Source: Chrysomallon squamiferum
Taxonomy: Eukaryota; Animalia; Mollusca
Direction: 5' to 3'
Length of the DNA: 64,000 nt
Assembly (NCBI GenBank): GCA_012295275.1
Contig: CM022665.1
Location: 186,001 to 250,000, forward strand
Position numbers and translations under genes: made by a program
Notes under the pieces: generated by a model
The model's input: the letters and a program-made list of their open reading frames with translations, nothing else
What the model was told of the DNA's origin: nothing
The model's database searches: none
Part shown: piece by piece, positions 41,703 through 54,359 of the stretch
Layout of the letters: the number at the start of each line of letters is the position of its first letter
Numbering within the stretch: position 1 is the stretch's first letter

Positions 41703-43396
41703 TTGTTTATAAGAACCCAATTTTGATAGTCCCACTTTACAGCAATATATTAGGGGATTTAAAATTTAGTATTTTACAATTAAATCTTTCTTTATTTGTT
41801 TGTTTGTTTGTTTATTTATTTATTTATTTATTTATTTATTCATTTATTTACTGTTAAAGATTTGAGAAGTGATGAGAGACAACAGTTGAGAAGTGACGAG
41901 AGACAACAGTTGAGAAGTGATGAGAGAGAACAGCTGAGAAGTGATGAGACAGAACAGCTGAGAAGTGATGAGACAGAACAGCTGAGAAGTGATGAGAGAG
42001 AACAGCTGAGAAGTGATGAGACAGAACAGCTGAGAAGTGATGAGACAGAACAGTTGAGAAGTGATGAGACAGCTGCTGGATACTACTTCACTGGGACTGT
42101 TGATCGCGTTGAGTGCTTCAGCTGTGGTCAGAGCTATGATCACTGGAGACCTGAAGATAACCCAAGCTGCAGATTTGTCCTGGGAGAGGAAGGAAATGAA
42201 CCGATTCGGGTAAGTGAGAATGTTGAGCAGAGACTACAAGAATTCCTGGGCAGATTAATTGTCAGTTCAGTGTTGAAATCTTCTACTATTCATAGTGAAA
42301 CACTTCGTAATCGGTGCGAGTCTGAAAGTTCAGTTAGAGACAATGAACTGTTTGGAGTCTCTGAAACATCTGCTGTTAACACCAGTGATATGGCTACAAA
42401 TACTGTTTCACTTCCTGATAATGCTACAGTTCCTTCTTTTACTGGTGAGAGTTCTGTCAGTGGTGGTGCTGTTGCCTCTAATGATTCTCATCAAAGTTCT
42501 TCACAGCTCAGTCTCAGTAATTTACCAATCCTTCAGCTGTCCGCTTTTATGTCTGGAAGCTCCTCTACATCAGCCCCGACACTGCATGCACCACGTCACC
42601 CCGAGTACGTCGACGTACAAAGACGTATTTCGTCTTTTCAATACCAATGGCCACATCCTGACAACCAGTCTCCGTCAATGCTCGCAGAAGCCGGTTTTTT
42701 CTTCTCTGGTTAGTGTTACTGCTGCTTAATTACAAATCTTCACATTTTAATAATAATACTAATTTCACTGGTAAATTAAAACACTTGATATTTTAATAGT
42801 CACTGGAATGTTCGGACATTTTAAGCCATTTGAAATCTTTGACATTATATAGTCATTTAAAGTGTTTGACGTTTCAGTAGACATTTGAAATGTTCAATAT
42901 TTTAATAATCATAGAATCTTTGACATTTTAATAGTGAAATAAAATTTGTGTGTATGTTGATGTCAGATGAAATGTATACATTTATGAACAAGCTCATTCA
43001 TGTATAAACAGGCAATTCATGTGATAGCACGTCCTGCTTTTACTGCGGCGGAGGACTTAGAAATTGGACGCAGGGAGATAACCCTTACGTGGAACACGCC
43101 AGATGGTTTCCACGATGCGATTTCATCAGACAGGTGAAGGGAGACAGTTTTGTTGATTTGGTTCAAGAAATGAATGAAAATGAAGAGGAGGTAATTAGCT
43201 GATATTTTTAGCTTTACCATGAAATTATTAAACTTTTGTATAAATATGTGTAGTTGTGTTTACACTAGGAATTCACCAGTTTCTTAAATTTAATTTACAT
43301 TTTCTAATCTTTTCTCTCTGTTTATTGCTGTTTTTATTGTTTGTTTTTATTTATTTATTTAAATTAGTTTGAAATTTGTATTATATTAATTTGTTT

Positions 43397-43441
<45 letters not shown>

Positions 43442-44036
43442 AAAATATGTCGTTAATGTTTTTAAATTTATTTTAGATTGACTATAACCAAGTGATGGAT
43501 ATTTTAAATGATTGTCGACCTACGTTTGAACGTCTTGGAATTAAAACACGTCAAGGTAACATTAACAAAATTCTAGATTTACCAACAAGATTCTATAGAT
43601 TGCACAATTTCACAAATTAATGTCAAGATAAAATTATTTAATAGTTTACATCCCACAAAAGTATCGTTTTAAATGAGATCACGTCAGTAGTACTAATATT
43701 ATAAATATTTTTTTTCATTTTGTTCGCATAGTTGATAAATTCGTTGTTTCTGAAGAAAACAGTGGCGAATGTAATGAAACAACAAGAAACACAGAACTTG
43801 CAACTGCAGGTATAGTGCAGTTTTATTTCACTACATTTTGTTTGTTTATTTGTTTGTTTGCTTGTTATTATTGTTTATATTATTGTTATTGTTAGTTATT
43901 ATTAATATTGTTGTGTTATCATTACTGCTGTATTTTGTCTTGTTATCGTTTTTATTGTTACTATATTATTAATATTACTAGTATTATATTTTACTCGTTT
44001 ATTATTTATTTATTATGAATGTTATTGTAGTCATTG

Positions 44037-44105
<69 letters not shown>

Positions 44106-44495
44106 ATTATTATTATTATTATTGATACCCGATATATTTAGGAAAGAAATACAGAAAACCTTTTTGTATATTCGTAAAACCTTGTGAAGATCATATCTAC
44201 AAACTATTTGCTTAGAAAGATTATGTGTAAGAAAGTATACAAGTTACTAAGTCTAAACATTACTTAACGTATAAAAACTATATTATCTTTATTACGTCCT
44301 CTTTGATATTTAATAGATTCCTTGCTGGATGATAATGAGGAACTCATCTGCAAAGTTTGTCTTGAAAAGAAGATCAGAATGGTTTTCCTGCCTTGCGGTC
44401 ATCTTTGTTGCTGTGAAGATTGTGCACCCAGACTGCGAATATGTAGAATTTGTGGAAAGATAATCCAAGCCATTGTGCGAGCTTCCTTGTGTTAA
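41439..44495 (+). CDS. Inhibitor-of-apoptosis (BIR-RING, BIRC2/3/7-like) gene: join(41439 or ATG 41441-41510,41860-42708,43012-43190,43477-43555,43732-43809,44317-44495)
   Basis: Intact BIR ([10 protein letters not shown]...LAEAGFF...[26 protein letters not shown]) and C-terminal RING ([27 protein letters not shown]); all introns GT-AG with matching phases; TAA at 44493-44495. Confidence 0.93.
41862..42070 (+). repeat. Coding 24-bp minisatellite, LRSDE(R/T)(Q/E)Q x8 plus a partial copy
   Basis: (C/T)TGAGAAGTGATGAGA(C/G)AGAACAG repeats inside the IAP exon. Confidence 0.97.
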
Positions 44496-44574
44496 TCTGT
44501 TTCAGCCCATTTTTATTATAATTCTTTTATTATTATTATTAAGATGACGATATGTTGAATTTGAATTCATTTTA

Positions 44575-45963
44575 ATTTGGTGTCAGTGGACAGCTTCATC
44601 GCGAGATTGTGGAACGCAGAAAACGTTTATGGTCAAAGTTTATTGAAAACATGGACTGCGTGTGACATTAGTAGTTGACATACTTTTTATTGAAGGAAGT
44701 CGATGGTACTTAGATACTCAAACACAAGACAGACATAACGAATCGAACATTCACAGCCCACAAATTGTAAATCCAGACAAGCGTGTCCGCAGTTTCTCCT
44801 CAGCGACGGAAGAGCGTGCCTAGGACAGCCGGAGATCGACACTGGCGACAATCAAGATGAACTGACTGAAGTATCGAAACACCACTGTCACACAAACACA
44901 GTTAACACTTCTGTCTCTGTAAATATTGTATTTTTTTAAATCTCTGCGGCTTGAAAACTAAACTGCATATACCAGAATTTTAAAACTTTTTTAATCAGTA
45001 TGATATTTTGTGTTTAGTAGAAACAAAACTTGATGATATTGATACGGTAGAAATACCAGATTATCCAGTATATAGAAATAATAGAATTGGAAAATAATGT
45101 GCTAAATCGGGTGGCATATGTCCAGCTGTCAAAAGTAACATCACTTCAAAAGTACAAGTTTGTAACAACAACATCTGAATACGTATTACAGTTTAAATTT
45201 AAATCTAGAAAAAACATCTACTATATTTTCTGGTGTTGTATATATACCGCCTAAAGTCTCTCGCTATTTTAACAGTGATACTTTTAACGTGTTGCAAGAG
45301 GAATTTAATAACATACCTGCTGAAAACTAGAAACATGTTATATACACAAGCACAGAAGGGATTGCATTCAATTCTACAACAAGGAAGATGTCATAATATT
45401 TCTATTCAGTGTCAACTAAAATTATTTTAACGCATAGTTCTACCAGTTCTCCTGCATGGTAGCGAAATTTGGGAATTTTTAAAAATTTGTCATTACTTGA
45501 AAAATTACGTAACCTGTTTATGAAATTGTTATTACCTGTAAGAAAATCTGTTCTGTTGTACTCATTAAATGGAGAAGTTGGACGTTATCCAGTATATACT
45601 GCTGTAAAAGTAAAAGGTATTATTTACTAGTATCGAATGATCACGGGAAAGCAGTCTAAGTTTATATTATTAGTGTACAGACTATTGCTGAATGTTAACA
45701 ATAACACTTTCAATCACAAATGGATATTATTTAACTCTAACAAAGCTGGTGTCTTTAGATAACTTTCTATTTTCTGTAATCTAATCATGAATTTTTTCAA
45801 ATCCTGTGGCTCATATATTGATATATTGTATATATTTTATCATTATGTACATTACTGTAAATCCATCATCTTGTTATAATTATTATAATTATATTAAAAT
45901 TTGTATGGATGTATTTTCATATGCCGTAGACTACGGTCTGAATGTAAATAAAGTTCAGTTCAG
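44575..45963 (+). mobile_element. Degraded, internally deleted non-LTR retrotransposon (LINE, CR1/L2-group-like)
   Basis: ORF1-like FGVSGQLHREIVERRKRLWSKF..LVVDILFIEG; APE endonuclease start CGLKTKL..YDILCLVETKLDD and GVVYIPP; post-RT motif CQLKLF*RIVLPVLLHGSEIW; 3' end AATAAAGTTCAGTTCAG. Confidence 0.8.
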
Positions 45964-46703
45964 GTGGTTACATAACTGGTGTAAAATAGTTTAATAAAAG
46001 AACTGAGAACGTAAATGAAAAAATCAGTTTCCACTGAAAAGTAATTCCAGACAGACACTGTTATTTTCTAGATGTGTGTTTTATAACTGATTTTCATTTG
46101 ATTTTATTATGTTGATAAATGTTTGCTTTGATATTATGTGTTTATATTAGACTGCTTACTTAATCTAATACATTACTGTAAACCATAGATTATTGTAAGA
46201 AACATGACAGATGAATAAATTTATGAAATACAAAAGATAAAGAAACTTAATTATGTAGATGATGTCACAATTTAAAACAGAGTATTTAAAATACGACTTT
46301 ATCGCATTCAGAGAAATGTGAGTTATTACTGTTCCTCTGATGATGTGTTTGAGGCATTTCTTCATGATTGTTTTATAATGTACCTGAATACTGAACGTGT
46401 GTCAGGCACTTCAAGAATAGATAGAAAGGAAACAATAAATTCAGCTATTCACGGAAATGAATCAGAAGGTTCAACTGTTGATGGAAGTGATTCAAAAGCT
46501 GCAAACCTTGAAGAAAATGGATCAGGCACTTCAAGAACTGATAGAAATGAAACAAACAATTCAACTGTTCACTAAAGCTGTAATTGTTGATGGAAATAAA
46601 TCAGAAGTTGAAACTGTTGATGGTAATCAAATAGAAGCTGCACGAATTGATAAAATTGAGTCAGAAGCTGCAGAAATTGATAGCAGTAAATCAGAACTTG
46701 CAA

Positions 46704-47623
46704 ATATTTATATGTTCTGTTATTAGTTTTCTAATAATGTGAAGTTCGTAATGCATATTGCATTGTATTTACCTTAGGTGTTATATATTTTTCCCGTTTC
46801 GTATTCGACATTGTTTACACATTAAATTATATATATATATATATATATTTATATGTTCTGTTATTAGTTTTCTAATAATGTGAAGTTCGTAATGCATATT
46901 GCATTGTATTTACTTTAGGTGTTATATATTTTTCCCGTTTCGTATTCGACATTGTTTACACATTAAATTATATATATATATATATATTTATATGTTCTGT
47001 TATTAGTTTTCTAATAATGTGAAGTTCGTAATGCATATTGCATTGTATTTACCTTAGGTGTTATATATTTTTCCCGTTTCGTATTCGACATTGTTTACAC
47101 ATTAAATTATATATATATATATATATTTATATGTTCTGTTATTAGTTTTCTAATAATGTGAAGTTCGTAATGCATATTGCATTGTATTTACCTTAGGTGT
47201 TATATATTTTTCCCGTTTCGTATTCGACATTGTTTACACATTAAATTATATATATATATATATATTTATATGTTCTGTTATTAGTTTTCTAATAATGTGA
47301 AGTTCGTAATGCATATTGCATTGTATTTACTTTTAGGTGTTATATATTTTTCCCGTTTCGTATTCGACATTGTTTACACATTAAATTATATATATATATA
47401 TATATTTATATGTTCTGTTATTAGTTTTCTAATAATGTGAAGTTCGTAATGCATATTGCATTGTATTTACCTTAGGTGTTATATATTTTCCCGTTTCGTA
47501 TTCGACATTGTTTACACATTAAATTATATATATATATATATATTTATATGTTCTGTTATTAGTTTTCTAATAATGTGAAGTTCGTAATGCATATTGCATT
47601 GTATTTACCTTAGGTGTTATATA
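46704..47623. repeat. ~140-bp tandem repeat, ~6.5 copies, each ending in (AT)n
   Basis: ATATTTATATGTTCTGTTATTAG...CACATTAAATTATATAT recurs at ~139-141 bp spacing. Confidence 0.97.
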
Positions 47624-48504
47624 TGCCCATCCTGTATATCATATATATTTCCATCCTGTAATGACTGTAAACAGTGGCTAGATAAAAATAAATAATGTAT
47701 TAGATATATTTCCATGTTTTCGCTCACAATTATAGGTTTTTCAGAGGGAATTGTATTTGCTTTATTTGTTTATAATATTATTTTACTTGTGTTCGTTTAA
47801 AAGAAATCTTTACAAATAAAATAATTTGGAAAATAATAATAACAATAAAAACATAATGTGTGTCATTATTATTAATGTTTTCATGTATACATTTGTGTGT
47901 GTATGTATATATATACACACATATACATATATAGGTACATTTACATGAGTATGTATCTCTGTATGTATGTATGTATGTATGTATGTATTATTCTTTTATG
48001 CCGAGAAAAGGTAATAATTGTTAAAATCATATTTATTTTCAGAATCATGAATTTTAAAAAATATAATTTTTAAGTTGTTCACTGCAGAAATCTAACAAGA
48101 AATAAAATAGTTTGACAGAAATGACGTATTCTGTTGTTACTGACGATATTTGCGTGTCATTATTATTATTATTGTTATCATCATTGTCGTTGTCGTTGTC
48201 ATAATCATCATCATCATTATTCTTAATGTTTATATCTATACATGTATGTGAAACTCAAAATGCGAAGTAACTTTCTTTCTTCGTTCTTTCATTTATTTAT
48301 ATATTTATTCATTCATTCATTCATTCATTCATTTGATTACCTACTTTTATCATTAAGCCCCTTCTACTTCCTTACTGCTGCAAAAATGTCTTCTCTTAGC
48401 TAGTTTACAAATTCTTCTTTTGCCTTCTGTAATTTTCTTTCGCTGGAGAAATAGTGAAATTCGAAATAATTAACCGATACTTCTTTTTTTAATGTTAAAA
48501 TTAC

Positions 48505-48551
<47 letters not shown>

Positions 48552-49058
48552 ACAAAAGGCTTAATATGAAATATATTAATAATATCTTGATTATATATTG
48601 TGCAAAATAATATAAATTTTATTCTAACTGTCATCATAAGATTATTTAAGTTTTACATGAACACCTTCTTCAGGTAAGTAGATGATTAAATCTAACCATA
48701 ATGCTAAACCTCACCCTAAAACTAACACTAAACATAACCCTGATGCTAACATTAACCCTAACCCTAGATATAATCTTACTTCTAGCAATATGATAAATTA
48801 ACCAATGTTATACCAACAATCCTAATGAACTTTCCCAAGTTAATATTTCGAAATAAAAGTTGTTTTAATTTTTACACCAGGTTATATACGAAAACTCCAT
48901 TGCCTTTAATTCACCTGTGTATCATGTGACAAAGAGTATGAGTTGATTTGTTTGAGTTTCACACTAAGAATTTCAAGTTTCTTTCGTTTTTTTAGCTCAG
49001 GTCTATCACTTTAGTTTAGTATTTCATAGAATAACTAATTTTGAAGTACAATTTAAAA

Positions 49059-49113
<55 letters not shown>

Positions 49114-49803
49114 GAAATGTATATATAGATATACACAGTAAAAGAGTAGGTAATACATATTTTTCTTTAGCGTGTCCAAAGCAATAATAAAGATAACTAC
49201 TGTTGTTCAGTCAAGCTTTTGTCGACTGGTAAAATTAATTTTTTAAGTTTTATGATAAACCGTATTGTCATAGATAACAACTTTTGTAAATTATTTTATT
49301 CGGCAGTTTAGTTCTTTTATATCAATAAATAATAATACCCATCTAAATTATATTTATTTTTAGAGTAATAATTTGTTGAAAATATTGTTTTACTGTTCTT
49401 CACTATAGACATTTCTCAAAAGAAATACACTAATAAACAAATGAAATCATATTTGTCAGTTATTATCTATGTATGTCTGTATCTATGTAAAAACCTAAAT
49501 TACATAATCATCTAAGCTTATGGGAGTTTCTCAATAACTGTGTACTTAGGAATGAATGTTCTGCTCTATCAGATCAAGTCTCATTATATTAATTCCGTCT
49601 GCACGAATCTAATGGTTTTTCTCACAGAGAGAAAGAAAAATATCTGTAAAATTTTATTAACTTCGCTTTCTGCAAACCTGTTACTAAATCTGTTATAAAG
49701 TAAATATCAGCATATGAAAAATTATTCAGATTAACGTGACCCAAATTGTTTTATTCTTAGTAAATCGAGCATCTTAGCCATTTGACATCTATATTGGCAT
49801 TTA

Positions 49804-49927
<124 letters not shown>

Positions 49928-51737
49928 GTCACATTTTGTCCTGTTACATTTTGTCATATGCGATTCCACTTGAACAAACCTGACCCGTGGATCGATTTTA
50001 AGGAAAGGGTTGAAGGTTAATGATCTTATCATTAGTATGGTAAGATTTTACAACAATATATATTGATAATAAAGCGGTTATTTCAGAAATAAGGTTACAG
50101 GATACGCTGAGACATTTTCCCAGCATGTCTAACAGCTGTGTGAGTGGGTGGTGCTGGTCTGGTATGACTGCAGCCTTCTTGTCCGTCGTTGTCGTCTTTT
50201 CTGTCCACTTCAATAGCAACGAAATGACTAAATAATAATAATAATAATATTAATAATAATATTAATAATAATATTAATAATAATAATAACAATAATAATA
50301 ACAATAATAACGGTTTTAAATATTTGCGACATTTATTTTTAACGTAACCTAAACATATTTAATGACGAGTTGAATTTAAAAATGTTGTATAAAATATACA
50401 AAATATACTTAGAAATGTTGATTTTTCAAATATCACTATAAGGTAATGCCGGCTAACTTTTAAATGCTCCGTATATGTTGCATACACGATACATGTTTTC
50501 ATACAGTATAAATAAAGATCTGAACGAAATTAATATTAATTATTATTTGTGCTGAAACAAGAGAACCCTAAAAAGGATAAATTAATGTCCTGTTTGAGTG
50601 ATGCAGGATCAATGAGAGAGAACTCAAAAGCTGGGACTGTCCTTTACAGAATATCGTGTCAACCAGACGTTGATATGCGGATATTCAGCGTTCTTTTCAC
50701 TGACTACTACTTCTACTACTACTACTACTAGTACTACTACTATTGCTACTACTACTACTACTACTACTCCTACTACTACTACTACTATTACTACTACTAC
50801 TGATGATGATGATAATAATAATAGTAATAAAAAATAATAATAAAAACAATAATAATAATAAGAAGAAGAAATAATAGTAGTAGTAATAGTGTTAGTAACA
50901 ATAACAGTAATAGCAATAATAATAATAACAATAACAATAACAATAACAATAACAATAATAATAATAATAATAATAACAACAATTTAAAAACACAAAATAC
51001 GGTCGAGTTTCTCTTCATATAAAAATTAGTATTTAAAAATTGGATTTGCTGAACTCTTACGTTATCTGGGTACAAATAAAGTCACAGCTAATCATGACAT
51101 CCTTCTGTTTTGTGTGGAAGTTTTCAAGCTGCTATTGGCAATCTGATATATGTACACATACAAACTGTTTTTCTGATGCTGTTTTCATTGCTTTTCAATT
51201 TATTCTCAGCTCAGTCTTTCGTAAATAAAAAAGTAGGGTACAAAAGGTAAGTTCACATATACAGCTAACAAATAGTCTGGCTTACAATAATGTACTTGTG
51301 ACATTGTGAAATGTTACTATCATAAAACAGCGGAGTTGTTATCGGCACAAATACGAAAGTTTAACGGAAAGGTTAGCGTTTAGTCGTCACAGTTCATAAT
51401 CACATTCATTAAAACTGTTCATAGCCTTAAAAAGTTTCATACCAGTAGCTACCTTCTAATTTGTTAATATTTAGTAAAATTGACTACAACCGCTTAATAT
51501 AGTTCTGTTTACGTCGTATTTCGACCAACTATTACAAAGCAAATAACATGTTTTTAAGTATAAATTTTAATATTAGGAATTATGCTATCAAAAGTTAGAT
51601 CCGATCCATATACTCAGTCTGTGTAGAAGCTGAACAACAAGGGCGTGTTACACTGCGTGGCACGTAATCTCAAAGGAGAACTCGAGGTACTCCAACACAC
51701 CATCGATCGGATACAGTCGTTTAACCTCGACTCCCGA

Positions 51738-51834
51738 TGACGTCACTGGATGTAACATCCCGGAAATATCTCAGCTACGTCACTGGATATGTTTATTATA
51801 TCTCCATTAACAGAGAGATACGTAGATGACGTCA
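51738..51834. promoter_or_regulatory. Two perfect CRE palindromes (TGACGTCA) plus a half site in a CpG-richer patch
   Basis: TGACGTCA at 51738-51745 and 51827-51834; TACGTCA at ~51776. Confidence 0.35.
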
Positions 51835-52171
51835 TGAAACAAACATCCAAATTACAAACATCGAGCGTACAATATGCATATTGTTGTTGTTTGCTATAAT
51901 ATTATTATCATAGTTTTCTTTTAAGGATAACATTTATTCATTAAACTACTAGACTGAATACCTAGATTTACAGAGAGTGTGTAAATAAACATTGATTTTA
52001 AATGTGATGTTTGTCTAATTGTAATCAATACACACTGCATAGCTACTTCACATACACACCCACACATTTTCATATATTCATTTATATCTACCTATATTTA
52101 CCTATATGAAAGTGTACACACCATAAAGAGATATACATACTGACATTCAGATAAAACTGTTTATATATATA

Positions 52172-52224
<53 letters not shown>

Positions 52225-53926
52225 GCACACGCACACACACATTACATACATGTTGCATATTACTATAAATATATATTTAATCTGTATGTTATTTATAGTG
52301 GGACACAACACTAAAACCACGCATGAAACTGCCTAATAAATTATTTACTTTAAATTAACTGCACATACATACAAACATACAGCCACATACCCTTATTATT
52401 TTACATTTACGTATAAGATGTAACTTCCTTTGAATAACCTGGAGTTGTTTTATTGTTATCATATTTTATTATTTATAAAGAATGAGAACCACTGAAGAAT
52501 CGTGTCGACACATATTTGATTACATATTTTCATGGCAAATTAAATATATTAAAGCATTTGGTTTGTACTGCCATGGGTTCATTCTAGTAAGATAATCTCT
52601 TGTAAATTTACGATGTACATAATTATATGGCAGTATATTTATTCGTTAACCCACGTACCCTCTTTAACAGTAAACAAAAACTGTACGAGAAATTAATACA
52701 GATATACATGCGAGACCCCACAGTACAAAGCATTCATGACCCATTGAAATGTATATCTCTCAAATCAGTAGAAGTCTACTTTAACATAATAGGTTATAAA
52801 TATATACAGCAGTGTATTCAAAACAATAATAAAAGTAACTACTGGTGTTCAGTCAAGTGTTTGTTCACTGGTAGATTTAATTTTTGAATAGTTTTATGAT
52901 AAGAATGATACATTGCAAAAAGTATTATTTTAGTGTTGTTCATTGTAGAAAACTGTAACAAGAAATAAAATAGTTTGAAAAAATTAAAATGTCGTGTTCT
53001 TATGTTACGAATGATATATTTCTATGTTATTATTTCCATCATCATTTTCATAATTATTATTATTATTAACAAAAATTAACATTATTATTATAATTGTTGT
53101 TGCTATTGTTATTATTATTATCGTTATTGTTGTTGTTGTTGATACTGCAATTGTTATTATTGTTGTTGTTTTTATTATTATTATCAAGGACGTATCAGAT
53201 AACTTTACCATAAAATCAGCTCACAGATATCAATGGATTTTTAAATTACAAAGTGATTCCTGGCCCCACCCTTCAGGCTACGTTGTTTGTTGTTTTTCTT
53301 GATTTACTTTTTACTTACTTTTGCCTGAAAAGTGTGCATTAATCGTGTTTGTGTGTGTGTGTGTGTGAGAGAGAGATAATAAAATTATTTTATGTTCACG
53401 CTAATTAACTTTATGTATTTGTTTGTTTGTTATTTTAAGTTCAAATTTTACAATTACAGTTAAAATGGTTTTAATTTTATCAATACAAAATTACAAATGA
53501 TTATGAGGATGGGAAACCGGGCCCTTTTATTTTTTGTTAAGTTATTTTGTTGTTTTTCTTATTTTATTTTTTTTACTTCCTTTCTGCCGTAAAAATTCGT
53601 TGGAGATGTCACAATTAAAATAATTAACCGATATTTTTAAAACAAGTTCAAATTACATACAATTATGTACTTGTGTGTGTATGTATCTGTGTGTGTGTGT
53701 GTGTGGGGGGGTGTGTGTGTGTGGAGGTGTGTGAGAGACAGAGATAATAAATTACATGACCAAGCTAAATAACTTTATATATTTGTTTGTTTGTTTATTT
53801 CAAAATGTTTATTTGTTTGTTTTTCTTATTATATTTTTTTTTCCTTGTTTTCTACCTTAAAAAATGTTTTTTAGTTACCTTCTTACTTTCCTTTAATTCT
53901 TTTATTTTTTATTATTAGCATTATTA

Positions 53927-53989
<63 letters not shown>

Positions 53990-54359
53990 TTAATACTTGG
54001 TCAAGAAACGTGTTTATTTTATGTTGTTCGTCTTCCTTTTAAAATTTCTTTCGTTGGGGAAAATGTCGAAATTAAGAATGGTTAACTGATGTTTTAAAAA
54101 GAAGTTAAAACTGCAATACATATAATTAGGAAAGAATATCTTGTGAATATATATGGTACTAATTTAAAACACTACAAAATTGTTGTTGTTGTTTTTTAAA
54201 CATATTTTAGACTGTACTGAACAATTCAACAAAATAATATATGATATGTGACGATTTTAATTTGATACTAGCTATACAAATTTACTTACCTATAAACCAT
54301 CTGAAATCACAACAAAAAATTACCAAGAACTTTAAGGTATATGATTTAAAAGATTTATT

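Noticed and set aside
41844-42729. ORFs 41844-42143(-) and 42295-42729(+); also 43017-43220, 62811-63008, 63346-63741
   Set aside because: Antisense or alternate-frame shadows of IAP exons.
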